DNA of 64,000 nucleotides from Amphiscolops sp. MND2022 (taxonomy: Eukaryota), in contig OZ076413.1 in assembly GCA_964187785.1 (NCBI GenBank), positions 38,254,001 through 38,318,000 on the forward strand. The letters run 5' to 3'. A model generated the notes under the pieces. It made no database searches. It was not told the origin of the DNA and saw only the letters and a list, made by a program, of their open reading frames with translations. Of this stretch, positions 10,401 to 21,616 are shown one piece after another. Both the position numbers and the translations under genes were made by a program. The stretch's first letter is position 1. Each line of letters opens with the position of its first letter.

Positions 10401-12750
10401 GCCAGTTAACATTATCAATCGCGAATCATCAAATTCAAAAATGGACAAAGTCAACGGCATTGACATGAATTTTATCTTCAAGAAAAGGGGCCACTCCCCT
10501 GAAACCAAACGCCTGTGGATCGAGAGAAACCACCTACTAAAGCCGGATCGGACACGAATTGTCGGGAAAGGCAAGGAAAGTGAACGGATACAGGAGTATC
10601 GACCAAATCAGGACAGCAGAAAAAGGATCGCAGAGATCAACATCAAAATCTACAACCGCTTCTTCCGATACTGCGAAACACTCGAGACGACACCCCTGCT
10701 AGAATACCAGCAAAATAACAACGAATCTTGGCTGCAAAATAATCAATCAGATGGAGAAAGCGAGACCAGCCACATTAAACGAGACAAGTGCCCCACAAAT
10801 GTTTTAAAGAAATTCAAGAAGCACGAAACTGTAAACTTGATCCGACTTAAACAGACAGCAATAAAAAACACACTCAGCAGCGATCAAAAGCAAGGCACAG
10901 AAGAAGCCATCAAAAGAGCGGAAAAGGATTTCGCGCTAGATATTCCACTGCTTGTCGACGAAACAGCACGAGATATAAAAATGCTCAATGCAATCGCGGC
11001 CATCGAAAACCAACAACCGGATAGTATTTTCTATCCCTATCGCCCACACCGGTCACATCTGTCCACGAGATTTGGCCTACTGTTCTACAACGACAAGATA
11101 GTGATTCCGGAGAACATGCAGACAACGGTGATAGCCATGTTACATCACGGACATATATCGGCGGGAAAAATGGAAAAAGTAGCCGAAGCCTTCTGGTGGC
11201 CAGGAATGAACCGCGAAATCCACGAGAAAGCCGAATCCTGCCCAAGCTGTAGAGCCGCAGGTAAGAATCTTGTTACTCAAATTCCGTCCACGGAGAAAAA
11301 CAATTTAGATCTTTTAACGGAACCCAATCAAGAAATCCAATTGGATTTCGCCGGTCCAATCAAATCAAAAACACGCGGCGACGTATATATTTTAGTAGCA
11401 ATTGACCGTTTTAGCAAGTGGCCGACCGCACATATTTGCAAAAGCGCGGACACACGGACCGTCAAAAAATTTTTAACTAAATATTTTACGGACAACGGGA
11501 TACCACGGGTTATTCGAACCGATAACGGTAGCTGCTTTAAAAGCATCGAATTCAAACAATTCTGTAAAGATCAAAATATTAAACGTATACGGTGCACTCC
11601 AAACTTACATACCGGCACCGGTCTGGTCGAACGAACTATCCGGTCGATTAAATCACTTACACGAGCAAACATGGCAGACGGCTTAACCTTTGAAGATAGT
11701 GTCCAATTGGCGATAAGAACAATTAGACAAACGCCACACAGCAAATTGAAAATGACACCCTTCCAAATGCACTTAGGTAGAAAACCGCGCACCGCTCTGA
11801 TCAATTTAATAGACAAGCCGGAATGTCTACTCTCTAATTGGAAGAGAACGCTGACCAATTACGTTTTAGCCCAAACAACAGAACTACAGGTCGTCACTAT
11901 CAATGATGCAGGAGGAGAACTGGCCGACTACCTCGTGCTAAACGAATCAAAGAAAAAAGGACGTTCGGTAAGCCGGGATTTTAAAAACTACCAATTTTTT
12001 GAGAAGGAGAATAAACCGAATTCCATGAAATGTGGTTTTAAAACAAATAAGGTTTTAACAGCGGTAGCAGAAACAGGGCATACGGTAACTACCTCCGAAG
12101 GGAGGATAATACACAAAAAATTGGCATCAAAACCCCTGAAATTTCAGACATCACGAAAACCTGAAGAACAAAGACGGCCAACCAATAGATGCCGCAGATG
12201 CGGAAAATTCAGCAGTGGCGAATGGTGTGAGACGCACTTACGTCTCGAGGCGGCCAGGCAGGACAGTAACAACAACGAACCCAGTACCAGTCATACCACA
12301 ATTCCGACCATGCCGTCAAAGAAGCGACCATACAGCCGCGTGGTACTGTACGACTCCTTCAGCAACGATTCGGGACCGACAAATAATCAAGCCGATACGA
12401 CCACCTCAGAAGAGGAAGACACCGACGACATCACACTCAAGGACATGATCGGCCGAGAAGTCGAACGCATACGGTCGGAAACACCGATGCCGTCCTCCCC
12501 AATCGGCTGTAGCAAGGAGCTGATCCCGCCCGAAGATACAACACAACCGGACACATCCGGAACGCCAATCCGCAACCAAAGTACTTCCGGCATAGAGACC
12601 GCACCTCAGGATGTCACAGGTAAAATATGGCTAAAACAAAATGCTAACGGGGAAAATAACCCACTAGATTTAACCATAGAACCACGCAGATCCGAAAGGA
12701 TAAAAACTGCAAAAAGAATAGTTAAACTGGGCGGTGTTGAATATTTTTAA
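7402..12750 (+). CDS. gag-pol: Gag-Pol polyprotein, 1782 aa (two Zn knuckles, PR, RT, RNase H, extended linker, IN)
   Basis: CRFCGK...HIC and CNNCKKVGHFAKVC knuckles; IIDTGS; KIDLDYAY; WLDD; TTDAC; HHGH...CPSC; LDFAGP, RTDNG, GLVER. No internal stops. Confidence 0.97.
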   Translation: MDNNNTNPSLNEGEPNISERSSRTNNTTTSSERMEKTKYKIPILSDRETDLTKINPKMWWEQISKYIHLTYNRNLEEITDEGTEYMDPHTVYHIKGDVIWALGPKAKHEIMRGQWGRELKEVNLPELLTLFKKTFLPARNVFHSRAQFFNMKQEDNETLDEYWKRLVDIERKSDFGNITAEEIITYKFASTIKDKKARDKFIRGPLKLQLVLDTIELDNYNRKYGDKRPKSKKARKDSSNSSTSTELIGHTNQPRKRKTNFTEKKKFSNRDCRFCGKPNWSMEHICPARKAQCNNCKKVGHFAKVCKSKTVSRIKEMVSSDSSTEPWPEIDHIQSVNGVNRIDFYKAILLVHGQPIEFIIDTGSPVTIIPPIITPKDIKKTTKTFVDVNKNPIKFKSEAMVEVKTEKSKQTLPILITENKNTQPLLGLDWLDKLEIGLQGSKKTNVIRYVEEDDRRKKIISEHEDLFKNNHTIKDLTIDIQLKEDVKPIQQKGRPVPIHFQKNVRDELEKLIKSGHIEKADETTEICFISPAVITIKKDKSVKIALDSRKLNEACIKRKTAMPNMEELISKISAKITNGEGEIWMSKIDLDYAYGQAKLAKEAAKHCVFSIIGGDFTGHYRFKKGFYGLSDIPTVFQEHIDKVLEFKTPVWLDDIICVTNGSIDDHEKELREVLKKLQNAGYRASEKKTELFKKELTWLGYFINQNGVKPIKDKTEAITKLAAPKNAKELKSFLGSIQHLSKFINNLSKKTDRMRRLLKKDVKWELTAEIDDDFEQLKKEITEAPCLAHFDPKRDNYITTDACNTGLGATLWQKEGIVFRPIAFASRFLTDCERKYAINELELLGALWGLEHFRYYVYGKRVNLLTDHQALQPLLKKNRAHKQYSARLTRWLDRLSHFDVNIQYTAGKNIPLTDYLSRHPIVPTEIAELENKADGQNEAEADEELVVNQIYVLFEFNRERGSIKRFTEQLNARENSDQSQRDKISCEQNSNTHLLKTSPPPVNIINRESSNSKMDKVNGIDMNFIFKKRGHSPETKRLWIERNHLLKPDRTRIVGKGKESERIQEYRPNQDSRKRIAEINIKIYNRFFRYCETLETTPLLEYQQNNNESWLQNNQSDGESETSHIKRDKCPTNVLKKFKKHETVNLIRLKQTAIKNTLSSDQKQGTEEAIKRAEKDFALDIPLLVDETARDIKMLNAIAAIENQQPDSIFYPYRPHRSHLSTRFGLLFYNDKIVIPENMQTTVIAMLHHGHISAGKMEKVAEAFWWPGMNREIHEKAESCPSCRAAGKNLVTQIPSTEKNNLDLLTEPNQEIQLDFAGPIKSKTRGDVYILVAIDRFSKWPTAHICKSADTRTVKKFLTKYFTDNGIPRVIRTDNGSCFKSIEFKQFCKDQNIKRIRCTPNLHTGTGLVERTIRSIKSLTRANMADGLTFEDSVQLAIRTIRQTPHSKLKMTPFQMHLGRKPRTALINLIDKPECLLSNWKRTLTNYVLAQTTELQVVTINDAGGELADYLVLNESKKKGRSVSRDFKNYQFFEKENKPNSMKCGFKTNKVLTAVAETGHTVTTSEGRIIHKKLASKPLKFQTSRKPEEQRRPTNRCRRCGKFSSGEWCETHLRLEAARQDSNNNEPSTSHTTIPTMPSKKRPYSRVVLYDSFSNDSGPTNNQADTTTSEEEDTDDITLKDMIGREVERIRSETPMPSSPIGCSKELIPPEDTTQPDTSGTPIRNQSTSGIETAPQDVTGKIWLKQNANGENNPLDLTIEPRRSERIKTAKRIVKLGGVEYF

Positions 12751-12867
12751 CAGTGATCCATTTAGGAACTGAGTATACATTCACCACTCCGAGGAGATAC
12801 CCAATTACTCCTTTTCCCCGAATCAAGAACTACCCCCCTCAGCACGACTGGTTTCCCTGAACGCCAC

Positions 12868-12878
12868 GGAGGAGGGAA
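12868..12878 (+). promoter_or_regulatory. Polypurine tract of the nested Gypsy
   Basis: GGAGGAGGGAA immediately before the 3' LTR. Confidence 0.85.
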
Positions 12879-13097
12879 TGAGACACAAGCATCGACATGT
12901 GTCAATCCAAAAAGTTTCTACGATAAACCTTGGCGAACGATGTGACACAAAACTACCTGCCAATGATCTTATGTTCTGAAGTCATGTACTTACAAGATAG
13001 ATACACATACGATGATAATGTACAGTTGCTTGATACAGTCTATGTTACTTTGAGTCATTCCATTTTAATTCACTCTTTGAACTTTTTCTGACTTACA
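12879..13097 (+). repeat. 3' LTR of the nested Gypsy (219 bp)
   Basis: Direct repeat of 7155-7373. Confidence 0.97.
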
Positions 13098-13116
13098 TTC
13101 GAGAGGCATGTGTACG

Positions 13117-16100
13117 TTCTGCGCCATGTGTAGGTCTCGGAGGCCATATTTGGTTAGATGGTGTTCGTGCAATTCGGTTTCAATGGTTCTCAGAATGTCA
13201 GCTTGTTTTTGACATTCGAGAGGCAGAGTCCCTAGGGTCAGGTCAGGCTTTGTTGTGTCTATTCGTGCCGGAGGCACTCTTGTGGTTATGCTCAAGATTC
13301 GATTGGGTCGCTCATCCTCTTCCATAGTCGGTGTGGTTTCCCATTGAATTTCGGGATACCAGGGGATATCTCCTGTTGGTTCGTTAGGCTGATTGTTCTT
13401 TCGCTTCTTATGAAGGATGTATAGCAGAGGTAGTCGAGCTTTTGCTTCTGGGGGGAGTTCAGGGTGGTCTGGGATTAGGTGACCACGTTTGTCGATGTAT
13501 GGGACGGTGGGGAGTTCATCATAGTCTTTTTGTGACATGAAGTTAAATCCTTCGCTTACCTCTGGTAGCTTTTCAAGGATTTGTTCGCGAATAATGTAAT
13601 CGTTGGTGCGTTTGCTTAGTCCATCGACATTTCGGTGTTGCGTACGCGGTCTGTGAATTGTTTTGAAATGATATTGGTCTAGACGTGCGATCCAACGGCC
13701 AATCATGGCTTGGTCCATGGAGTAGGTTTTGAGCCATGAAAGAGCTTGGTTGTCTACGCGAAGCGTAAACTCTCGACCTGCTAGGTATGAGTGGAATTTC
13801 TCTACAAAGTAAAATACTGCATACATCTCCAGTTTGGGGGCGCCGTAGTTCAATTGGGTTTTGGTCAGTGATTTACTACCGTAAACTATTGGTCTCAGGA
13901 TAGTTTTGCCGTTGTTTTCTTGTTCTTGATGTAGAATACCCGCGATAGCTACCGTGCTGGCGTCTGTATCTAGCACGAACCGTCCTTGTTCGTTTGGTGC
14001 AGCCAAGGTGGTGGCATTGGACAAGGCTTGTTTCACTGAGTCGAAGGCTTCTTGATGTCTTTCCTCCCAGCAGAAGTGTTGATTCTTCTTTAGCAATTCC
14101 TGCATGGGTTGCACTTTGGAGGCGTGGAATGGGACAAAATCGCGATAGTAGTTAGCAAACCCTAAGAAGCTTTGGAGTTCTTCTTTGTTTCTTGGTGGCA
14201 ACCACTCTTGGATTTTGGTCACTGCTTCTGGGTCGGGCTTGATTCCATCGGCTGATACTATCCGTCCCAGATATTTGGTTTCTGTGAGCATGAAGTCGCA
14301 TTTTTCCGCTCGCATCTTAAAGCCTGCCTCCCTGAGACATTCAAATACTTCTTTAATCCTCATTATGTGGTCTTCAATTGTTTCAGTTGCAATCACTATG
14401 TCGTCGATGTAGGCCATGACGACACTTCCGTGTCTTTGTTGGATTTTTTGAAGTGCTTTTGTGATGGATCGTTGGAAGGTGGCGGATGCATTGCATAGCA
14501 CGAAGGGCATACGTCGCCATTCAAACAAACCCAATTCACAGGCAAATGCTGTTTTCCTTCTGTCGCGTTTCTTCAGTGGTATTTGCCAAAAGGCCCATGC
14601 TAGGTCGATGCTTGTGAAGATTTTTGCGTTACCTATCCTAGACAGACTTTCGTCTATTCTGGGAAGGGGGAAGGCGTCTTTTACTGTTACGTCATTTAGC
14701 GGTCTAAAGTCGCAACAGAAGCGAAGTTCACCTGTCTTCTTCTTCACCATTACTATTCCACTAGCCCAAGGCGAGTAGGAAGGTTGGATCGAGCCTAATG
14801 CTAAGAGGTTCCTCACTTCTTGGTTGGCTTTGGCGGCCTTGTCTGGTGACATTCGCCTTGCGCCCTCCCTGTGGGGGATAGCTTCTGATTCCAATTCAAT
14901 ACGATGTTTTGCTATTGTACACTTCCCTATGTCGGCCTTATGTTTCATAAAGAGGTCGTCGTACTCGTTTAAGACTTCTGCTAATTGATCTCTCGCTCCC
15001 TCTCCCCAAAAAGAAAGGCCGGAGGACAGATCTGGGCCTGGTATCGGTTTCAATAGGTTCGGGTCTGTTTGCGCGCGTTTTTCATTTTCCGAGATATCCT
15101 CTTCGGACAACTCAGTATATGATAAAAAGTTTTGTGCGAAAGAACTGAATTCACTGCTTGTATCGTCAAGATCAACAATATTAATATTATTAACTTGTTC
15201 TATCAGAGGCATAGAGGTTCTATCGGTTTGGTCGACCGGAATCGGTCTAAACTTAAAAACGGTAGGCTCTGCCTTGCCTAGGAGAGTTCGACTAGGAATT
15301 TGTAAGTTTTCAATGGCGGTTTTGTTTCTTACGGCCAAGTATATCGTGCCATCGTCTCCCACCGAAGTTAGGGTGTCTTCTGAAACAAAGGAACTTCGGT
15401 TGTACACCCCGCTGGGGCGTATCATTACATTACGGAAACGATATTCATTGGGATCTTGAGTGATGACTTGTGCTCTAACTAACTTGCGTTCGAAAGGTCC
15501 TAGTACAACTTTGTCGGTGGACACTACTAAGGAAGGTTCATGGTCACTAACCTCATGGATTGGTTTGAAATGGCGTGGAGTTTTTGGGTCCCTGATGGTG
15601 ACCCTCATGGCGGTCAAGTCCACGAGGACATTATAGGTGCGTAAGAAGTTGCGTCCTAACAGGAAGTCTTCAGCCCCTAAGTGATCAGCAATGACGATGA
15701 AGTTAGTCTTCAATGAGTGGCCGCCCAATTGGAAATTCACGTTTTCTGCCATGCCGACCGTCGTTATTGTTTTGCCGTTTGCTGCGTATAAGTGGATGTC
15801 GTATGGCATGAGGCTCAACGAATGGGCGGAAGCAATCTTTTGGTACGCTGCAAGGGAGAGGATAGAAACACCAGAACCCGTGTCAATCATACCATACAAG
15901 GGAATGGACTCTTGGAGGTTGTTGCCAAAGGCAACTACCAAAGAAGCTCGTTCGTCGATGCTAGCTTCCCCTTGAGTGTCTTGTACTCCAATGTTATAAC
16001 ACCTCAACTCCTGGCGACCTAAGTATAATCCCTGAGGGAAGTAACCTTCTACCACTACGATAGCGTCAAATTTCATGTCGACCCCGTCTACATTAATGGC

Positions 16101-16829
16101 TACCGGTACTGGGGAAATTGTTTTTACTTTCTGGATTGGGGCCAATTTTGTCTCGTCCTCTCGGGTGAAATGCGGTAGCGGTCGAGCTGCGATAGTATAC
16201 TTGAAAATTCTGCATAGCTCCTCTTTTAATTGCGCTAACGTCAATTCAGGACGTGTTTTTTGTTCAGACGAGAGAAGTAAGTGCATGGAAATGAGTGTCT
16301 CGGTGCAGTCGGGGGCGGGTGCTTCCAATGTGGTAAGCACTTGTTTTTCGCCGCAAGTAATGACAACAGGACGGGAAGGGCCTCCGGCCTCTGCTATCGA
16401 GATTACTCTGACTTGATCATCCTGTGATGCGCCTTCGAATTGATTGGTGTGCGGTGCATACCATGCTGCCCTTATTTGTTCTTCTTGTCTGGGATATTCT
16501 GGGGATATGCATTCCGATGCGGAATGTTCGGCACATCCATAATTGACACAGAAAGCTACAGTTCCTTGGATTGGTAGGGATGCTGGGTACACTTCGTTGT
16601 TCACTCCGTGGGGTTGTGATGGACAAGTCCATCCACCGGAGGGGTTGGTGTGACAAGAATTTACTTGTTGCTGTATCGGTTTCCGTGCACGGTCTTTGAG
16701 TGGGCAATCGATTACGAAGTGTGATGTGTCCCCACAATTGAAGCATGCTCTTTGGGGTTGTGGTCGGTAGGGTGCTGGTTGTTGTGGAGGTGGAATTTGT
16801 TGGGGTTGCGGTATCGGCGGTGGAATTGC
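13117..16829 (-). pseudogene. pol: Giant Gypsy gag-pol, middle part: Zn knuckles, degenerate plus intact aspartic protease, RT, RNase H; broken by the nested insertion
   Basis: The frame is open from 16829 and includes CFNCGDTSHFVIDC upstream of the listed ORF start. Also CVNYGCAEHSASEC, MIDTGSG (15884-15876), IDLAWAFWQ, AYIDD, LDTDAS, DGLSK. Confidence 0.95.
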
Positions 16830-18761
16830 CTAAGGCAATTTCGGTTGTTGATTCGGTTGTTGAGGCTGAGGGTGTTGAGGCTGGGGCATTTGGTAGTTGT
16901 CTGAGCGGTTAGAACCACGCATGCGCAGGTATTGTTGGACTGTGAAGCGAAGCGCTTCTACCGTTGGAGGTGCTTCAACGTATTGTTCTTGCGCATACAT
17001 TAAGGCGAGGTTCCTTTTGAGTTCAAAGTTGCGTACACCCTCGATGAATTTTTGCATTATCTCATATCTGCGAACGGTAACCTCTTCGTTGGGGTAGCCT
17101 TGACTGCGCAGGCCTTCGAGAGCATCGAGATATTGCATGTAGTCTTCTTCATTGCTTTGGTTGCGTGTACGGAACTGCTGCTGTATATGGATCTTGCTTG
17201 ATCCAGTTCCGAATCGTCGTGCCAGCAATGCAAAGACTTTTTCATCGGTGTCTCTTTCCGTTTCGGATTTGTTAGTGATGTAGTCACGGGCCTCATGTTC
17301 CAGGTACTCTATTATGGTCCAGGCCTTGTCGAGAGGAGTAGCTCTGGTGTGTGCCTTCTCTAAGTGGCGCTTCATCAGCATCATCCACCCGTCGGCGTTT
17401 CCGTCTTTGGTCCCTCGATATTTTGTGGGTTTATTCTTCGATTCTTTCGCCGCGAGTAACGGTTCCAAGCCTTTGGACATAGCAGTTGAGATCGCCTCCG
17501 CCAATGCTTGTCGTTGGCTAGTTCTTGGGGTGTCTGGCGTTGCTTTAGGCGATTCTGAAGGCTGTTCGATTTCGTCATTATTTTCTTCTAGGTTTCTTTT
17601 CGTTGTGGATTTGCGCTGTGTACTTGTGGCTACTGGCCGCGGGATCAAGTCTAGGTATGCTTGTTTGGGGGAATTTTCACTGACGTTCGTCCTAGCAGTA
17701 TGGTAATTTGATTCCCTTGTGGTCATACCGCTTGCGGGTGAGTAATAATCTCCCGTTGTTGATGCACCGCGAGCAAACGGATCAAATGAGATGCTGGTTA
17801 ATGGGTCCGTGCCCACGTCGCGGGACTCTGTTATCACTCTTGCCATTTTGTTAGTTCTTGGCAGGTCCCTTTTGTAGGTTGCGGGTGGTATCAGCTTCAA
17901 GGGTTTTGCTTGCTCGGCGTTGGACTGGGCCACCTTGCGGTAAGCAGTTTGCGTTGGGTTTGGTGCTGCGCTAGTGGAGGGGTATCCGTCTGAATTTGAG
18001 ATCATCGACGCCACTGGCATTACTTTTGTTTGAGTTGTTGCAGTTTGGGCTGCCATCGCTCTTACTCCAAGCGTCAAATCCTTCATCGTGGTCATCAAGT
18101 CTATCATTCTGGTGTTTGCGTCGGTTTCTCTACGCTGCATGAGATCTGACATCATTTTCATCCGTTCGTCTGCTTGACGGTCTCTCTCTTTCATCACGGC
18201 GGACATTTCGGCCATGCGCGTGTCTGCTATGCTTTCCCTCTGCTTTATTAAGTCGTTGAGAGAAGCCACGGATGCTTCCAGTCTCCCTTGGCTTTGACGC
18301 CCTTCGGCCTGTATTTCTAGCAGGCCTTTCCTCATTTCATCCATGTCTCTCATAATGACATCAACCCTTATTACATGCTCAGTATTTTCTCGTGACAATC
18401 GTGAATGTACTTGTGATAGCTGAGCCAGGCTGTTTCGAAATTCTTCCCTTACGGCTTGTGACTCTTTCGTGATTTTCGTAACGGTCGAGTCAGGGGCCGT
18501 TTCCATACTGGCTCTGGAACTAGGGGTATGATCTAATTTGTCCATTCGCCTTGGGGCAAGATCCAGGTTTCTAGATGGAGGTGTTCTAAAGAAATACCTC
18601 AATGGGTTATCTTCCGTTTGTGTTGGTTGATCGTCGTTTGGCTGGGCAGGTGCCGTAGATGGCCCTGTTTTTTGTGCGTATCCGCTTAGAAAGGGGTTCT
18701 GATCGTTTCGATTTGTGTTAATATCTGGTGCGTGGGAACCCAGCGGGTTCTTTTTAATCAA
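16830..18761 (-). pseudogene. gag: Giant Gypsy gag (coiled-coil region plus capsid-like domain), in frame with pol but separated by one TAG
   Basis: KYRGTKDGNADGW...EYLEHEA...LARRFG...FRTRNQSNEED...KFIEGV. The TAG at 16830-16832 lies in a Gln/Pro-rich tract, and the frame continues into the CCHC knuckle. Confidence 0.88.
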
Positions 18762-18828
18762 AGGAGTGCGGGGGCCGCCACAGGAGTTTGGTGATTACTA
18801 TTTTGTGATGCCGTTTCTTCGGCAGCAC

Positions 18829-19179
18829 TTATTTCATTTTGGGTTTTTTATTTGAGTTGGGCCATTCCTCTAGGCTATAGTCAGTGACTTCTAGAGGGGG
18901 CCACGCGTTACTTCGCGTAGTATTTCCTGTACTATCCACTGGATGAGTACTGTCAGGGGAAGCTTGCGACGAACCGAGCTGTTCTGCTGCGGTTGTCATC
19001 TCCGTGTTTTGATCTGTTCTGGGGATGTAGTCAGACATGAATTCTAAAAATATGTCTGTAATGGTAGGTTCAGGAGGACTGTTGGTAAGAGTCTCCCAAC
19101 TGGTTGCATCTCTTGCTATATTGCCAAATGGGTTGGTGGCATGGAAACTTTTGGGAGGGTTCCTGTTCATTCTGGTCAA
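18829..19179 (-). pseudogene. Probable frameshifted N-terminal extension of gag
   Basis: 116-aa S/T/P-rich ORF directly upstream of gag. It can be joined to gag through two frameshifts (A-run ~18845, then ~18763). Confidence 0.45.
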
Positions 19180-20036
19180 TTTTTAGCGTATGGGTTCTGG
19201 TTGTAAACAGAAAGGGGAGTTCTTGAATAAGGAATTTTTAATTTATTTGTCTCACCCTTCCCTCCCAAAAAAGGATGGAAGATGATTTTATGGTGGTTGT
19301 TGATTTTTCAAAAAAAAATTTTTTTGTATGTATGTGGTCGCTATAGGCAGGGAGCGACTACAGAATTGAGGTTAACTAAAAGGTTAGGACTAGCTTTGGT
19401 AAGAAGGCTAGTTTAATTCTAAATACTAATATTTAACTGAAAACTTCGTTTTGACTGTCCACTGAGTGGAGGGGAACAAAAGAAATTTTTTTTTGATTAT
19501 TTACGTTTTATTTACTAATTCACGTTGGAATAGGCAATGAATTGCCTATTGAGCTTTAATCAATATTGTGGGTGGCTGATTATTTGGATGAATGGTAGTG
19601 GTCAATATGCTTTAAGCGCAGTGCGCTCTTTCGGTTGGACGAACTTGTCACTCACTAAGTTTTCTCAATTTTCTGATTCGGGTACAGTGGAGTGGAGGAT
19701 TGGAAAAGGATTCGGGGATTGGTACGAAAGAAAGGGTTTAGTTAGGAAGGCTATTTGAATTAAAGTTGTTGAGCTAATGGGGATACTGTTTTACTTTTTT
19801 TAGAAAATTCGGTATTGGGGTGTCCAAAAATTTTTTTTTGTCAGTAGAGTGAGTTCTTTGGAGGCCGTGGGTTTTGGGAAAACTGCTATGGCAGTCGATG
19901 CGGCTCTATTGGGAGCGTGGGAAGTGCTCCTTGTTTTGTAGGGTTATTTTCGAGACCTTACATTGGTTGTTGGGGACTGGAAGGGGGCTGTTCTCTATTC
20001 AATTTTCACCAAATTAGCAAATTTGCTGTCAATCGG

Positions 20037-21616
20037 CACGTCTGAGAAGGGTGAAAATCACTTCCAGAGCTCGTAACGACTTGAAAATTTCACACCATAT
20101 ATTACATCAGCTGAATCGTGGGAAATTGAACGCCGATTGTACAGAAATTGACCCTGTGGGTGTTACGGTCACTTAGCAATGTTCATTGAAAAGTTGACTA
20201 TATCACGAAATTCGCAAAAAGTGGTCAAACTCGTCTTCTAGGTTTCCTAGCTACCTGAAATCTTGCATGTGAGCGTAACTTATGCCCATGTAACAGAAAA
20301 ACAGAGCGGCGAGGTGCCTAGATCAATTTCTAGCAATCTGAAGTGACAAAACCTTGATGTACCAGAGGTACCACTTTTTCGGGTCAAAAATCACAAAAAT
20401 GTCAATTTCTCAGCTTTGGCTAGTAGCCGGCTGCTCAAATTGCACAAATCGTCGTGATCTGGTGCCGTGCGCACGAAAATGCAAGAATTTTAGTGTTGGG
20501 ATACCTGCGAGGTATTGCACTATGCTCAACTAAAATTCAAATTTTTCGACATTTTCACACGATTTTTGAGCAAAACTGCGGCTAAGATTTCTCAATCACT
20601 AGTAATGCTAGCGCTACGAAAATTACACTACTAACGTAACTTTTTATGGTCTACACGCTGGTGCAATCCGTTTGAGGCTGCTCCTACTAGGAGAGATTTC
20701 GACTCGCGCTGGAAGCACTACTATATGGTTCCCAAAATGTCGCAAAAATAACGCGTTTTCGGCTATTTCTCGACAACCACTGGTTGGAATCACTCGCGGT
20801 TTTCTGCGTTTGTAACGTTAGGGTATATACTAACAGAAAATAAGCAAGCGAAACCTGGTAGGTTCCAAATAGGGTCTGTCAAAATTTTTCAAGTTGCACT
20901 TTTTACACTCTCGGAACAATACTGAAATAACGTGTTTTCACCAAGAAATTTTTATTTATCGGTTCTTGGGCGTTTGGGATTGTTCCAATAGTACTGTGGG
21001 AGAGTGTGACAACTTATTTTAAGGGGTTGGGGTTCGTTCAATTATTATTTTTGGTGTTATGTCGCTCAGGTCTATGGGGTCCTCTGCTCAGATCTATGTA
21101 TATCAAAAGAAACAAGTTATTAAAGTTTCAATTTCTATTGGGGAGCCTTAAAAAACAACTTGGTAGTAGTGTTTCGTGCTACCAAGTTGGGGAAAAAGAT
21201 TTTTGGGCTGATTCAGAAGCTTGGGAGCTAGTGTCCAAGGCTTAGCCCTCGTCAAGTTGGGTCAAAATGGCCAAATTTGACGATTTTTTAACAGAAATTG
21301 CTGAATTTTTCGCTATTTTTGGAAAAATGGCCCTGCAAAATTTTTTGTTCCTGACCCAGGGGGTCTGTTGGAACGTTTTTTAGTATTCCCACTGGCCTTA
21401 CTCTGTTTGATAAAATATTTATTTTCTAAATTGAAAATTTCGGTAATTGAGCTATAAATAACGTTATTTTCGAGGTTTTTGAGCTCAAATTTTTTAACAA
21501 CTGATCGGAATACCCTATGGGTATTTTTCTCAGTTAGTTATAATGGTGATAGGCCTGGGAATACTCTTTTTGGGCCGTTAAATTAAGAAAAAAGACGATT
21601 TCACCCGTCTGACGTG
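20037..21616. mobile_element. Possible non-autonomous DNA transposon with CAC...GTG termini inserted in the Gypsy leader
   Basis: Imperfect inverted ends CACGTCTGAGAAGGGTGAAAATC versus reverse complement CACGTCAGACGGGTGAAATC. Composition differs from the G/T-skewed flanks. No TSD found. Confidence 0.3.

Larger units (their letters stand above)
7155..13097 (+). mobile_element. Full-length, apparently intact Ty3/Gypsy element (Mag-like), nested in antisense inside the giant element's pol
   Basis: 219-bp TG...CA LTRs at both ends, a PBS, a PPT and a single 1782-aa ORF. Confidence 0.97.

Noticed and set aside
802-19758. Numerous 60-130 aa ORFs antisense to or overlapping gag-pol and the accessory ORFs
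   Set aside because: They are shadow frames of strand-biased coding sequence, many with non-ATG starts and no motifs.
20091-20106. TGGTGTG (minus strand) as the PBS of the giant element
   Set aside because: No adjacent CA LTR end and no extended tRNA complementarity. The 18-nt site at 22022-22039 fits much better.
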